Origin: Candidatus Nealsonbacteria bacterium | GTDB taxonomy: Bacteria > Patescibacteriota > Minisyncoccia > Minisyncoccales > PWPS01 | Assembly: GCA_003551845.1 (NCBI GenBank) | Contig: PUNQ01000032.1 | Coordinates: 23,414-87,413, forward strand | Reading direction: 5' to 3' | DNA: 64,000 nucleotides | Shown here: one piece after another, positions 1-9,635 of the stretch | How positions within the stretch are numbered: position 1 is the stretch's first letter | How the letters are laid out: each line of letters opens with the position of its first letter | Program-made: the position numbers and the translations under genes | The notes under the pieces: model-generated | Seen by the model: the letters and a program-made list of their open reading frames with translations, nothing else | Told to the model about the DNA's origin: nothing | The model's database searches: none

Positions 1-1287
1 CATCCCGATTTCAGACTAATCGGGATTACGAATTATATGGATTACAGAAGAGTTATAGAAAAAAATCAATCCATAAACTCACATCTCAGAAAAGTGGAAA
101 TATCAGAAGCTACCCAGGAAGACACGGTAAGGCTTTGCGAAATGATAACCGGGAGTCTTGAAAACAAATACGGTGTATTTATTTCTTATCAGGCGATAAA
201 AGCCGTAGTTGAACTGAGTGAAAGATTTTTATCAGCCGATCCTTTTCCCGAAAAAGCGATGGATCTTCTTGAGGAAGCGGTAACTTCGGCAAGCCAAGAA
301 GGGAAAAATGTGTTAACTAAAGAAGATGTCGCCGAAATTCTTTCAGAAAAAGCCGAAGTTCCCGTCGGTGAAGCCGCCGGTGAAGAAAAAAAGGTGTTGC
401 TCAATCTTGAAGAAGAGGTTCACAAGCGGATCATAAATCAAGAAAAGGCGGTTTCTCAAATATCAAGAAGTTTGAGAAGGTCGAGAACGGACATAGATAC
501 CAGGACCGGCTTGATAGGATCCTTTTTATTTCTGGGTCCTACGGGAGTGGGAAAGACGGAAACGGCAAAAGCGATTTCCGATATATATTTCGGTTCGGTT
601 AAAAAAATGATTAGAATCGATATGTCCGAATATCAAAATATTTCCGATATTTCCAGGTTGATCGGTTCGGAGGAGGTGGGGGGAATTCTGACTGAACAAG
701 TTATTGAAGATCCGTTTTCATTAATATTACTTGATGAACTGGAGAAGGCGCATAAAAATATATTGAATCTTTTTCTTCAAATTTTGGATGAAGGACATGT
801 AACGGATGGTGTGGGAAGAAAGATTGATTTTAAAAATTCGATGATTATAGCGACAAGTAATGCCGGCTATCAATTGATAATGGACTCGGTCAAAAAGGGG
901 ATAGACCCGGATACTATAAAAGAAAAAATACTTGATCATCTTTTTAAAAAGAGTATTTTTAGACCGGAATTCGTCAACAGGTTTGACGGCACCGTAATTT
1001 TTAAACCTCTCTCCGAAGAAAATTTAATTGATATTGCCGAACTTCAACTTCAAAAAATGCGGGAAAGCTTGAAAGAAAAACATATAAGTTTTAGAATAAC
1101 CGAGGAGCTGAAAAAAAAGATAGTTGATTCAAGCTACGATCCGGTATTCGGGGCCAGGGAGATGCAAAGATTCATTCAAAATGAAATAGGAGATACGTTG
1201 GCAACGGCGATACTTTCGGATGAGATTAATCCCGGTGATGAAATTTTGATAAACCCCGAAGATTTTTCATTTAAAAAAATAAATTGA
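1..1287 (+). CDS. ATP-dependent Clp protease ATP-binding subunit (ClpA/B/C family), 5'-truncated by window edge
   Basis: Frame is open from base 1; second AAA+ module with FLFLGPTGVGKTETAK, RIDMSEY, LLDELEKAH, FRPEFVNRFD and FGAREMQR. Confidence 0.92.
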   Translation, partial: HPDFRLIGITNYMDYRRVIEKNQSINSHLRKVEISEATQEDTVRLCEMITGSLENKYGVFISYQAIKAVVELSERFLSADPFPEKAMDLLEEAVTSASQEGKNVLTKEDVAEILSEKAEVPVGEAAGEEKKVLLNLEEEVHKRIINQEKAVSQISRSLRRSRTDIDTRTGLIGSFLFLGPTGVGKTETAKAISDIYFGSVKKMIRIDMSEYQNISDISRLIGSEEVGGILTEQVIEDPFSLILLDELEKAHKNILNLFLQILDEGHVTDGVGRKIDFKNSMIIATSNAGYQLIMDSVKKGIDPDTIKEKILDHLFKKSIFRPEFVNRFDGTVIFKPLSEENLIDIAELQLQKMRESLKEKHISFRITEELKKKIVDSSYDPVFGAREMQRFIQNEIGDTLATAILSDEINPGDEILINPEDFSFKKIN

Positions 1288-1293
1288 TAAGTA

Positions 1294-2070
1294 ATGAGTA
1301 AAAGCAATAAAAAATCATTAATAAAATTTTTGGTATTAACGATCCTGATACTGGGAGTCTATTTTTCGATGCAGGTGGAGCCGGTCGAGCGAAAGCGTGC
1401 CGAAGCAGCTCTGAATAATTTTAACAATTTTTCAGCTGCCGAGTTCGAAATTGATGGAAGCTTAACTAAAGACGACGGTGAGAGTTATCTTTTTGAAATT
1501 AAAGGATATATGGAAAGAGGTGATAAAAGCAAGGGTGGTGGAACTTTTAACCTGAATACGGAAAATGGCTCAGAACAGGAGATGAAAGGGGATTTTGTTT
1601 TTGAAAGACCTTATCTCTATTTTACGGTTGATGAGTCAACTTCTTCGGATGGAGCGCTTCTCAACAATCTTCCTTCGGAGATCTTTGAAGAGGAGAATCA
1701 ACAGTGGGTAAAAATGGAAATACCGGAAGAATATTTTAAAAAAAGGATTTCTTTAAAAAATGAAGAAATCGAAGTTATTTCGGAGGAAGAGGAGTTAAAT
1801 GAAAAAGAGATGTTTCATTATAAAATAATGGCGAATCTGAATGATTTTTTCAAAGAGGATTTCGAGGCGGAAATCTTTACCGGGACGGAAGACCTTAATA
1901 TCTATAAGCTTTTTATCGAAAGCCGACTGGAGTTGACTGAAGATTTAAATTTCGATCCCTTATTTGAACTTTTATCGGAATCAAAATTCGAATTGGATTT
2001 AAAAGCCGAATTTTTTAACTTTGATGAAGTTCAGTCCATTTCCACTCCGGAGAACTTTTTAGAGCTCTGA
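1294..2070 (+). CDS. hypothetical exported/membrane-anchored protein (acidic)
   Basis: 258-aa ORF, basic N-terminus plus hydrophobic helix, E/D-rich body. Confidence 0.75.
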   Translation: MSKSNKKSLIKFLVLTILILGVYFSMQVEPVERKRAEAALNNFNNFSAAEFEIDGSLTKDDGESYLFEIKGYMERGDKSKGGGTFNLNTENGSEQEMKGDFVFERPYLYFTVDESTSSDGALLNNLPSEIFEEENQQWVKMEIPEEYFKKRISLKNEEIEVISEEEELNEKEMFHYKIMANLNDFFKEDFEAEIFTGTEDLNIYKLFIESRLELTEDLNFDPLFELLSESKFELDLKAEFFNFDEVQSISTPENFLEL

Positions 2071-2087
2071 TTTTTTAAAATTTATCT

Positions 2088-2117
2088 CCTCCTCCTTGAA
2101 AAAGGAGGAGGTTTTTT
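2088..2117 (+). terminator. intrinsic terminator
   Basis: CCTCCTCCTT-GAAA-AAGGAGGAGG stem followed by TTTTTT. Confidence 0.85.
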
Positions 2118-2137
2118 ATTTAAAAGCGGGTCAAGTG

Positions 2138-2200
2138 TTGACAAGATATTTTTTGTGGGATAGAATGGAAGTGATGTGGAGGATTGTGGAAAAAAGTGGG
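2138..2200 (+). promoter_or_regulatory. sigma70 promoter of dcw operon with MraZ-binding boxes
   Basis: TTGACA(2138)-17 bp-TAGAAT(2161); GTGG(G/A) boxes at 2155, 2176, 2186, 2196 (about 10-bp phasing), matching known MraZ operator repeats. Confidence 0.85.
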
Positions 2201-2228
2201 GAAAACCCCTGAAAACTGTGGAAAACTG

Positions 2229-2660
2229 ATGTTCATAGGAGAATACAATTATAAAATCGATGCAAAAAAGAGGCTGGCGGTTCCTTCGAATTTTCGTAAT
2301 GAATTGGATAAAAAAGTTGTTGTTACCAGAGGCTTGGACGGTTGTCTTTTTCTCTATCCTTTGGATCAGTGGCAGCAGTTAGCTGAAAAGATAAGCAGTT
2401 TGCCATTGGCTCAATCCGACGCCAGAAGTTTTGCCAGAGTCATGCTTGCAGGAGCAATGGAGGTTGAAATTGACGGATCGGGACGAATACTGATCCCGGA
2501 TTACTTGAAGGAATATGCCGGACTGGAAAAAGAAGTTACGATTGCGGGAGTTTATAATAGAATGGAAATTTGGGACAAGAAAAAATGGGATGAATATAAA
2601 ACCCAAACAGAAGGTGAGGTAGGGGATATCGCTGAAAGATTGAAAGAGTTGGGGGTTTAA
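2229..2660 (+). CDS. mraZ: division/cell wall cluster transcriptional repressor MraZ
   Basis: MFIGEY..IDAKKRLAVP, VTRGLDGCLFLYP, DGSGRILIP; ATG at 2229 gives 143 aa. Confidence 0.97.
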   Translation: MFIGEYNYKIDAKKRLAVPSNFRNELDKKVVVTRGLDGCLFLYPLDQWQQLAEKISSLPLAQSDARSFARVMLAGAMEVEIDGSGRILIPDYLKEYAGLEKEVTIAGVYNRMEIWDKKKWDEYKTQTEGEVGDIAERLKELGV

Positions 2661-2662
2661 AA

Positions 2663-3532
2663 ATGGATAAAGTCCACAGAACAGTTTTAAAAAAAGAAGC
2701 AGTAGATCTTTTAAATGTAAAAAATAATCGCCATTTTGTAGATTGCACCGTCGGTGAAGGTGGGCATACGGAAGAAATATTGAAAAGAAACGGACCCCGA
2801 GGAAAGGTTTTGGGGTTCGAATGGGATAAGAGAATGTATGAGCGAGTAAGAAATAGAAATCTGGAAAGATTGGATTTGGTAAATGAATCCTATGTTTTTT
2901 TAAAGAAAACCGTGGAAGAAAAGGGGTTCGGTCCCATATCCGGGATTTTACTCGATTTGGGCATGTCGACCTGGCATATCAAGAAGTCAAAGAAAGGATT
3001 CAGTTTTCAAGGAGATGAGCCGTTGGATATGAGATACAACACGGATTCACTTCTAACTGCTCGGGAAATAGTGAACGAATGGAAGAAAGAAAATCTGATC
3101 AAATTGATAAAAAATTATAGTAATGAACGTTATGCCGAAAAAATAGTTAACCGGATAATAAAGTCAAGACCCCTGAAAAGCACAAAAGAATTGGTCGAGG
3201 CGATAAAAAAGTCGGTTCCCGATAATTACGAGAAGGGGAGAATTCATCCGGCTACCAGAACTTTTCAAGCTTTGCGAATAGCGGTTAACGCAGAAGTTCA
3301 AAACTTGAAAGAAGTCCTTCCTCAGGCTTTTGAGGTTTTAAAGCCGGGAGGAAAAATCGTGGTCATTTCTTTTCACCATTTGGAAGGTGAGGAGGTAGAG
3401 AATTTTTTTAAAAAAGAGGAAGGACTTCTATCGGTAGCCGAGGTCACCCCTTCAAAAGAAGAAATTAAAAAAAATCCCTCAGCGAGGTCGGCGGTATTGA
3501 GGGTTGCTGAAAAAATATCAAAACATAATTAA
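2663..3532 (+). CDS. rsmH: 16S rRNA m4C1402 methyltransferase RsmH
   Basis: DCTVGEGGHT, DLGMS, PLDMRY, HPATRTFQALRIAVN, NPSARSA; follows mraZ. Confidence 0.96.
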   Translation: MDKVHRTVLKKEAVDLLNVKNNRHFVDCTVGEGGHTEEILKRNGPRGKVLGFEWDKRMYERVRNRNLERLDLVNESYVFLKKTVEEKGFGPISGILLDLGMSTWHIKKSKKGFSFQGDEPLDMRYNTDSLLTAREIVNEWKKENLIKLIKNYSNERYAEKIVNRIIKSRPLKSTKELVEAIKKSVPDNYEKGRIHPATRTFQALRIAVNAEVQNLKEVLPQAFEVLKPGGKIVVISFHHLEGEEVENFFKKEEGLLSVAEVTPSKEEIKKNPSARSAVLRVAEKISKHN

Positions 3533-3537
3533 AACAG

Positions 3538-3828
3538 ATGAAAGACACACAAACAAAACTAATATATATATCTTCCGTATTTTTTCTTTTAGCTTTAATG
3601 TCTCTTTACGTTTTTCAAATTTACGGACTCACAAAGGAGACGTATCTGGTTGAAAAATATCAGAAAAAAATTGATGCTTATACTCAAGAAAGCAATAATT
3701 TGGAATATCGTTTCCTGCAAAACAATTCTTTTCATGAGATTGAAACCCTCGCTTCCGAATTTGATTTTAAGCAGGCTGAAAGAATAAGCTATATAGAGGT
3801 TTTGGGTAGTGAAGTGGTAGTGAAATAA
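3538..3828 (+). CDS. FtsL-like bitopic cell division protein
   Basis: One TM helix plus coiled coil, 96 aa, at the canonical position between rsmH and the PBP gene. Confidence 0.6.
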   Translation: MKDTQTKLIYISSVFFLLALMSLYVFQIYGLTKETYLVEKYQKKIDAYTQESNNLEYRFLQNNSFHEIETLASEFDFKQAERISYIEVLGSEVVVK

Positions 3829-3871
3829 TTTGAAGGTTTTAAAATCATAATTGAATACACAAGAGACAAAC

Positions 3872-5551
3872 ATGAGCAAAACAAGATTGAACATACTTCT
3901 TGTTTTCTTTCTCATCTTGAGTACCACTCTTATTTTCCGACTTTATCAGTTACAAATTGTTGAGGCTGATCACTGGGTCGATCAGGCGGAAAAACAACAA
4001 AGAATAAGTGGAGAAGTCGAAGGTGACAGAGGTAGTATTTTAGTACAGGATAGAAATGGAAACTTCATTCCTCTTGCAATAAACAGGACCTGGCAAAAGG
4101 TCTATTTGTCTCCCAGGGAAATAATAAGGGAAGACGTTGACAAGAAAAAATTAACTGATGCACTCAGTGATATTTTGAATATTGAGGAGAGCTCCATAAG
4201 AGAGCGACTGAAAAGGGAAAATAGTTCCTTTGAGGTTTTAAAAAGACAATTGTCGGATGAAGAGGTGGAAAAAATTGAGAAATTGGAATTCAGAGGCGTC
4301 TATCTACGTGATGAAGAAAAGAGACTCTATCCCCAAGAGAATCTCGCAGCCCATGTCAGTGGTTTTGTCGGAGGTTTAAATAGCGGACAATATGGAATAG
4401 AAGGATATTATGAAGATCTGCTTCGGGGAACTCCCGGAAGAAGAGAGGGGTGGAGAAAAAATTCCTTGGGAACAATTATAATGGAGGACACGGCTCAGCC
4501 CGGAGAAAGTATTCGTTTGACCATAGATTACAATATTCAATTTATGACAGAACGGATTCTTGAAGAAGCGGTTGAAGATTTGAATGCCGTTTCGGGAACT
4601 GTTATAGTCGGAAATCCGAATACAGGAAAAATTTTAGCAATGGCTAACTATCCTTCATACAATCCGAACGAATATCGTTCTTACAGGATGGAAAATTTTA
4701 AAAATAAAGCTATTCAGGACGCTTTTGAGGCCGGATCGGTTTTCAAACCGATAGTTTTAGCTATGGGCCTGGAAGAGGATGTAGTTGATTTGCGGGATAC
4801 TTATTATGATCGGGGTTATGAAGTCGTCAGTGGCCATACTTTAAGGAATTATGGACAAAGACAATGGGGAGAAGTCGATATGACGACCATAATAAAACAA
4901 TCGATAAATACCGGCATGGTCCATGTCCAGAGACAAATGGATAATGAAGTTTTTATATCTTATTTGGAGAGATTCGGCTTTTTTGAAAAAACCGGAATAG
5001 ATCTTCAGGGAGAGGTTGTTTCCGCGAATACGGGATTCAAGGAAGGTTATGATGTTAATTTTGCAAATGCCTCTTTCGGCCAAGGAATAGAAATCACTCC
5101 CATCCAGCTTTTTACCGCTTTTTCGGTATTGGCAAACGGAGGGGAGTTGGTCGAGCCGTATGTGGCTGAAAATTTTCGTGTTGATCCGGTTAGAAAAAGA
5201 AGAGTTTTATCTTCCGGAACAGCTTCAAAAATAACCTCCGTTTTGATAGATACGGTTAATGACGGGACGGCAAGAAGGGCTCAGATACCGGGATATCATA
5301 TAGCCGGAAAGACGGGAACCGGGCAGATACCTTGGTCCGCTTTGGGCCAAAGCAGAAGAGGATATTCGGACCAGACGACTCAAACTTTCGTGGGTTATGG
5401 ACCTCTCAACGCCGAATTTGTAATATTGGTAAAAATGGATCGACCGGATGCTCCGACTGCGGAGGTTTCCGCCGTTCCAGTTTTCAGAGAAATTGCAAAA
5501 TATATAATAGATTATAAACAAATCCCTCCGGATTACGTAAGAGAAGATTAA
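3872..5551 (+). CDS. ftsI: class B penicillin-binding protein (FtsI/PBP3-like transpeptidase)
   Basis: N-terminal TM, RGSILVQDRNG, SxxK (GSVFKP), SxN (SIN), KTG (GKTGT); dcw position. Confidence 0.9.
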   Translation: MSKTRLNILLVFFLILSTTLIFRLYQLQIVEADHWVDQAEKQQRISGEVEGDRGSILVQDRNGNFIPLAINRTWQKVYLSPREIIREDVDKKKLTDALSDILNIEESSIRERLKRENSSFEVLKRQLSDEEVEKIEKLEFRGVYLRDEEKRLYPQENLAAHVSGFVGGLNSGQYGIEGYYEDLLRGTPGRREGWRKNSLGTIIMEDTAQPGESIRLTIDYNIQFMTERILEEAVEDLNAVSGTVIVGNPNTGKILAMANYPSYNPNEYRSYRMENFKNKAIQDAFEAGSVFKPIVLAMGLEEDVVDLRDTYYDRGYEVVSGHTLRNYGQRQWGEVDMTTIIKQSINTGMVHVQRQMDNEVFISYLERFGFFEKTGIDLQGEVVSANTGFKEGYDVNFANASFGQGIEITPIQLFTAFSVLANGGELVEPYVAENFRVDPVRKRRVLSSGTASKITSVLIDTVNDGTARRAQIPGYHIAGKTGTGQIPWSALGQSRRGYSDQTTQTFVGYGPLNAEFVILVKMDRPDAPTAEVSAVPVFREIAKYIIDYKQIPPDYVRED

Positions 5552-5552
5552 A

Positions 5553-6149
5553 ATGGTATTGGATAAATTTTTAAGGTGGAAAAAAATAAAATTGGTTTTG
5601 ATTATCGGTCAGGATGATTCGGGAATGACCGATTTTATCTTCAGTTTGGTTAGTGATGATAGGAAAACGATTAAACTGAAAAAACCGCTAAAGGGATTTA
5701 AAAAAATATCGATAATATCATCGGAAGTTGTTATTTTGAAAGATGATAACTTTTCTGTCACGGAACTGGAAAGCTTTTTTTCAATTTTTGATGAAGTCAT
5801 AGTTGTTTTTAAAAAATCAAAGAAGATGAAAAATGAAAGAAAGATAATAAGTTTATTAACGGAAAAGGACACTCTTCTTGCCTCCGATGACTTAATGGAG
5901 AAGTTATCGAAGAAAAAATTAAAGAAAAGAGTGAGTTTCGGATTTAAGAGAGAAGCTGATTTTTATATGAGTGATTTGAATTTGGGAGACAAGATTAATT
6001 TTAAAATCAATTACAACGGTAGCAGTATACCGGTTTGGTATCGCGGAGAAGGTAAAAAAGAGGATGCTTTAAAAATTACCGGAGCACTGGCTGTCGGATC
6101 ATTGTTAAACCTTAACCTTGTTGATTTAACAAGGAGGATAAAGAATTGA
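5553..6149 (+). CDS. degenerate Mur-ligase central-domain-like protein (MurF-like fragment)
   Basis: C-terminal FGFKREADF..INFKINYNGSSIPVW..ALAVGSLLNLNL resembles the Mur ligase middle domain; P-loop degenerate; dcw position. Confidence 0.55.
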   Translation: MVLDKFLRWKKIKLVLIIGQDDSGMTDFIFSLVSDDRKTIKLKKPLKGFKKISIISSEVVILKDDNFSVTELESFFSIFDEVIVVFKKSKKMKNERKIISLLTEKDTLLASDDLMEKLSKKKLKKRVSFGFKREADFYMSDLNLGDKINFKINYNGSSIPVWYRGEGKKEDALKITGALAVGSLLNLNLVDLTRRIKN

Positions 6150-6194
6150 TTTTTATTTCTATTTTTTTATAATAAGCTCATATTGAATTCGAAT

Positions 6195-6269
6195 GGCCCC
6201 GTCGTCTAGCCCGGTCCAGGACGCCAGGTTCTCATCCTGGTAACAGGGGTTCAAATCCCCTCGGGGTCA
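6195..6269 (+). tRNA. tRNA-Glu(CTC)
   Basis: Acceptor GGCCCCG/CGGGGTC, anticodon arm CCAGG-TTCTCAT-CCTGG, T-loop TTCAAAT; CCA not encoded. Confidence 0.95.
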
Positions 6270-6282
6270 CATTACTTATGCT

Positions 6283-6308
6283 AAAACACTCCTTAAGGGG
6301 TGTTTTTT
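6283..6308 (+). terminator. terminator after tRNA-Glu
   Basis: AAAACACTCC-TTAA-GGGGTGTTTT plus T run. Confidence 0.8.
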
Positions 6309-6363
6309 AGTATATAAGAAGATTAGGGAATGTAAGGAGAGAGAGGGGATTTGAACCGTACCC

Positions 6364-6392
6364 CCCGTTTTTACACCTACGAGGTGTAAAAA
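6364..6392. repeat. REP-like palindromic element, copy 1
   Basis: CCCGTTTTTACACCTACGAGGTGTAAAAA, identical to 38598-38626. Confidence 0.85.
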
Positions 6393-6482
6393 GAGGGGGT
6401 GGTTCCGGGTTTTAAATATTCTTTTTTTATTGTAAGATTATATAAGTTATTTATCCTCAGTTTGATAATAAGAAAATAGGAT

Positions 6483-7610
6483 ATGAAATTTTTTTATGCC
6501 GTCTCGATTCTCGCCGGTACGATGATAGGTGCCGGGCTCTTCGCTTTACCTTATATAACCACTCGAGTGGGTATGTGGGTAATCCTTTTTTACTTTTTAA
6601 TTATAGGATTAATTTCGACCGCCATTCATCATTTTTTCGGTGATTTGGCTCTGAAGACAGAAGACAACCTTCGCCTTCCGAGCTTTGCCGAAATTCACTT
6701 GGGCTCATGGGCGAAAAAGTTGACAACTTGCACGGGGATAATCGGTCTTTCGGGATCGATTTTGGCTTACATTATTTTAGGCGGAGAGTTCTTATCCGGA
6801 CTTTTCGAACCGGTTTTCGGAGGTGGTGCTTTTGAATATTCTTTATTGTATTGGGCCGTCGGAGCCGCTTTGATATTTTTCGGAATAAAAGCTATCGAAA
6901 AGATAGAGCTTTTGGGAATCCTCGGCTTCGTAATGGTTTTGATATTGATTCTTTTCAGGGGCTGGAGTGAGATGGATGCCGGCACACTTTTGCAAATAGG
7001 GGAAGGCTTTGAGGGGGATCTCTTTTTGCCGTACGGAGCAATACTTTTTTCTCTTTGGGGAGCGGCTTTAATTCCGGAAGTTGAAGAAAAATTAACCGGT
7101 GAAAAAGAAAAGCTGAAGTGGGTAGCGCCGGCCGGGGTCGGGTTCGCAATTTTAATTTATCTGTTTTTTATATTTTCAATTGTAAGTATTACCGGCACGG
7201 AGACTTCGCAAGAAGGGATCTTGGGGCTTATGGGACATATGGATAACGGCGTGATAGGACTGGCATTAATTTTCGGAATATTGGCAACATTCACTTCCTT
7301 TATCACCCTGGGACTTACGTTGAAAAAGATTCTTTGGTATGATCTGGGTTTCAATGAAAAAATTTCCTGGGGCGTAGTCGCCTTTGCGCCGATAAGTGCT
7401 TTTTTAATAGGAATCGACAGCTATATCCATGTAATATCTTTCGTCGGGGCCATGCTTTTAGCGGTAGATGCAATACTTATTACCGTAATGTATCAAAAAT
7501 ACAAACCGGCAAAATACAAAATTTTCACTTATCCGATAATCTGCGTTTTTATTCTGGGAATAATTTACAATATCATTTATAATAAGGACATAATAATCGG
7601 TCTGCTTTGA
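6483..7610 (+). CDS. aromatic amino acid permease family transporter
   Basis: AGTMIGAGLFALPY N-terminal motif, about 11 TM helices, TSFITLG. Confidence 0.85.
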   Translation: MKFFYAVSILAGTMIGAGLFALPYITTRVGMWVILFYFLIIGLISTAIHHFFGDLALKTEDNLRLPSFAEIHLGSWAKKLTTCTGIIGLSGSILAYIILGGEFLSGLFEPVFGGGAFEYSLLYWAVGAALIFFGIKAIEKIELLGILGFVMVLILILFRGWSEMDAGTLLQIGEGFEGDLFLPYGAILFSLWGAALIPEVEEKLTGEKEKLKWVAPAGVGFAILIYLFFIFSIVSITGTETSQEGILGLMGHMDNGVIGLALIFGILATFTSFITLGLTLKKILWYDLGFNEKISWGVVAFAPISAFLIGIDSYIHVISFVGAMLLAVDAILITVMYQKYKPAKYKIFTYPIICVFILGIIYNIIYNKDIIIGLL

Positions 7611-8575
7611 TGCCATTTTTTGAGATATCCATCTTTATACTTTCCTGTTTGGCGATTATAGTTTCCAGTAAGTGGGTGATAAGTTCTTTGTCCAAATTGG
7701 CCAGATCTTTGGGCTGGAAAGAATTCGTGGTCGCTTTTTTTACGATTTCTTTGGGGGCGGTTTTGCCGGAGCTAACCATCGGTGTCAGGGCGGCGATCGA
7801 CGGGATTCCCGAGCTTTCTCTGGGAAATATAATCGGACAAAATATAATACTTTTGACTTTTGCGGTTGCCGTTTGTAGCTTGGTCGTCAAGGGGATAGTG
7901 GTTCAATCCAGAACCGTCCGTGCGGGAACCACTTTTGCCGCCTTGGCGGTAACACTGCCTTTCATTTTGCTCCACGACGGAAAATTATCCAGAATTGACG
8001 GATTGATTTTAATATCGGTTTTTATCGTTTATGTTCTTTGGATTTTTAGCAAAGAAGATCGCTTTGTAAAAAGCTATATTGAGAAAGGTGACGAAATAAA
8101 AACCGGCAAAGGTTATTTGAAATATTTTTTCATTTTTTTAGGAAGCTTCTTATTGGTTGTTTTTTCCGCGGAAGGAATAGTCTTTTCGGCTAAAGAGTTC
8201 GCCTTGATATTGGATGTTCCGGAGGGTCTGATAGGCATTTTGCTCGTCGGTGCGGGAGTTGCTCTTCCGGAGATATATTTTTCGGTTAAATTAGCCACCA
8301 AGGGAAGATCATGGATGATTTTGGGCGGATTAACGGGAGCGGTAGCGATGTCATCCACTTTGGTTTTGGGAATTGTGGTCTTGATTAATCCGATAACGAT
8401 CGTTGATTTTTCTCCTTATTTGATCAGCAGACTCTTTTTGGTGTTCGCCGGTGTGATACTGTGGTTTTTCGTTCGAACGAATAACAGATTGACAAAAAAA
8501 GAAGCCCTTATCCTATTTGCGGTTTATTTCGGATTTTTATTCACTGAATTATTTTTTGGCCAATTATTCATATGA
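7607..8575 (+). CDS. sodium:calcium antiporter family (CaCA/YrbG-like)
   Basis: Two repeats with GAVLPE / GVALPE and GNIIGQNI; many TM helices. Confidence 0.85.
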   Translation: MMPFFEISIFILSCLAIIVSSKWVISSLSKLARSLGWKEFVVAFFTISLGAVLPELTIGVRAAIDGIPELSLGNIIGQNIILLTFAVAVCSLVVKGIVVQSRTVRAGTTFAALAVTLPFILLHDGKLSRIDGLILISVFIVYVLWIFSKEDRFVKSYIEKGDEIKTGKGYLKYFFIFLGSFLLVVFSAEGIVFSAKEFALILDVPEGLIGILLVGAGVALPEIYFSVKLATKGRSWMILGGLTGAVAMSSTLVLGIVVLINPITIVDFSPYLISRLFLVFAGVILWFFVRTNNRLTKKEALILFAVYFGFLFTELFFGQLFI

Positions 8576-9561
8576 GTTTGGAAATAATACTTATCTTAAT
8601 AATAGTTTTCGGAATAGTTTTCGGAATCATTTGGAATAAAAAAACAAAGGAAGAGATAGAAAAGGAAAGAAGGGTCAGAGAATTGGAAGATCGCTTGACC
8701 GACTTGATAAGTGAACAATTGAAGGAGGTCAGAGGGACCGTTGACGGAACCTCGAAAGTAATGCACAGCCAGATCAAGTCCTTTACCAAAGAGACGGAAA
8801 AGTTAAGAAGCGAGATAAAGGATATTCAGAAAGCGATGGAGTCGGTAAGTTCTTTTCAAGAATTTTTTCGGTCTCCCAAAGCGAGAGGCGAGTGGGGAGA
8901 GACGAGTTTGGAGCATATTTTAAAAGAATATTTTCCGGCTGACTTTTACACCTCACAACATATGTTCGAATCGGGGGAGCAAGTCGATGCGGTTTTAAAG
9001 CTCCCGAATGACAAACTTTTGCCGATTGATTCCAAATTTCCATTCGATAACTACAGGAAGATGGTAGCTACGGATGACCAAGAAAAAAAGAAAAAACTCA
9101 GAAAAAAGTTTTTGAAAGATGCAAAAAAACAGATTACGGAAATAGCCAATAAATATATTCTGCCTTCGGAGGGAACAGTTGAGTTCGCGGTAATGTACAT
9201 ACCGGCGGAGGCGGTTTATTATGAGATAAATATGAACAGGGATATAGATGTTGTTGAGTATGCCAGGCAAAAAAAAGTGGTATTGGCTTCTCCGAACACG
9301 ATATTTTTAACTTTGAAAGCGATAGAGCACTGGTTCAGGGATACGCAGATATCTCGAAAAACACAAGAAATAATCAAAAGCATATCCAAAATCCAAAAGG
9401 ATTCCAAAAAATTGAAAGAAGACTTCAGAAAGCTCGGCAGCCATCTTGACAATGCTCGATCCGCGTATGAGAGATCGGATAAAAGATTGGGAATTTTTGA
9501 AGACAAAGTTGAAAAATTAACGGAAAATAATTTAAAGGAGCTGGAGGAGGGTAGTGATTGA
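8572..9561 (+). CDS. rmuC: DNA recombination protein RmuC
   Basis: RGEWGETSLE, PIDSKFP, FAVMYIPAEAVY, SPNT. Confidence 0.93.
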   Translation: MSLEIILILIIVFGIVFGIIWNKKTKEEIEKERRVRELEDRLTDLISEQLKEVRGTVDGTSKVMHSQIKSFTKETEKLRSEIKDIQKAMESVSSFQEFFRSPKARGEWGETSLEHILKEYFPADFYTSQHMFESGEQVDAVLKLPNDKLLPIDSKFPFDNYRKMVATDDQEKKKKLRKKFLKDAKKQITEIANKYILPSEGTVEFAVMYIPAEAVYYEINMNRDIDVVEYARQKKVVLASPNTIFLTLKAIEHWFRDTQISRKTQEIIKSISKIQKDSKKLKEDFRKLGSHLDNARSAYERSDKRLGIFEDKVEKLTENNLKELEEGSD

Positions 9562-9635
9562 TCAATAACCGGATAACTTGCTCAAAAGTTAATTTTCTGT
9601 TACAATAATCAGGACGATAATTAATTAATAAAAAT

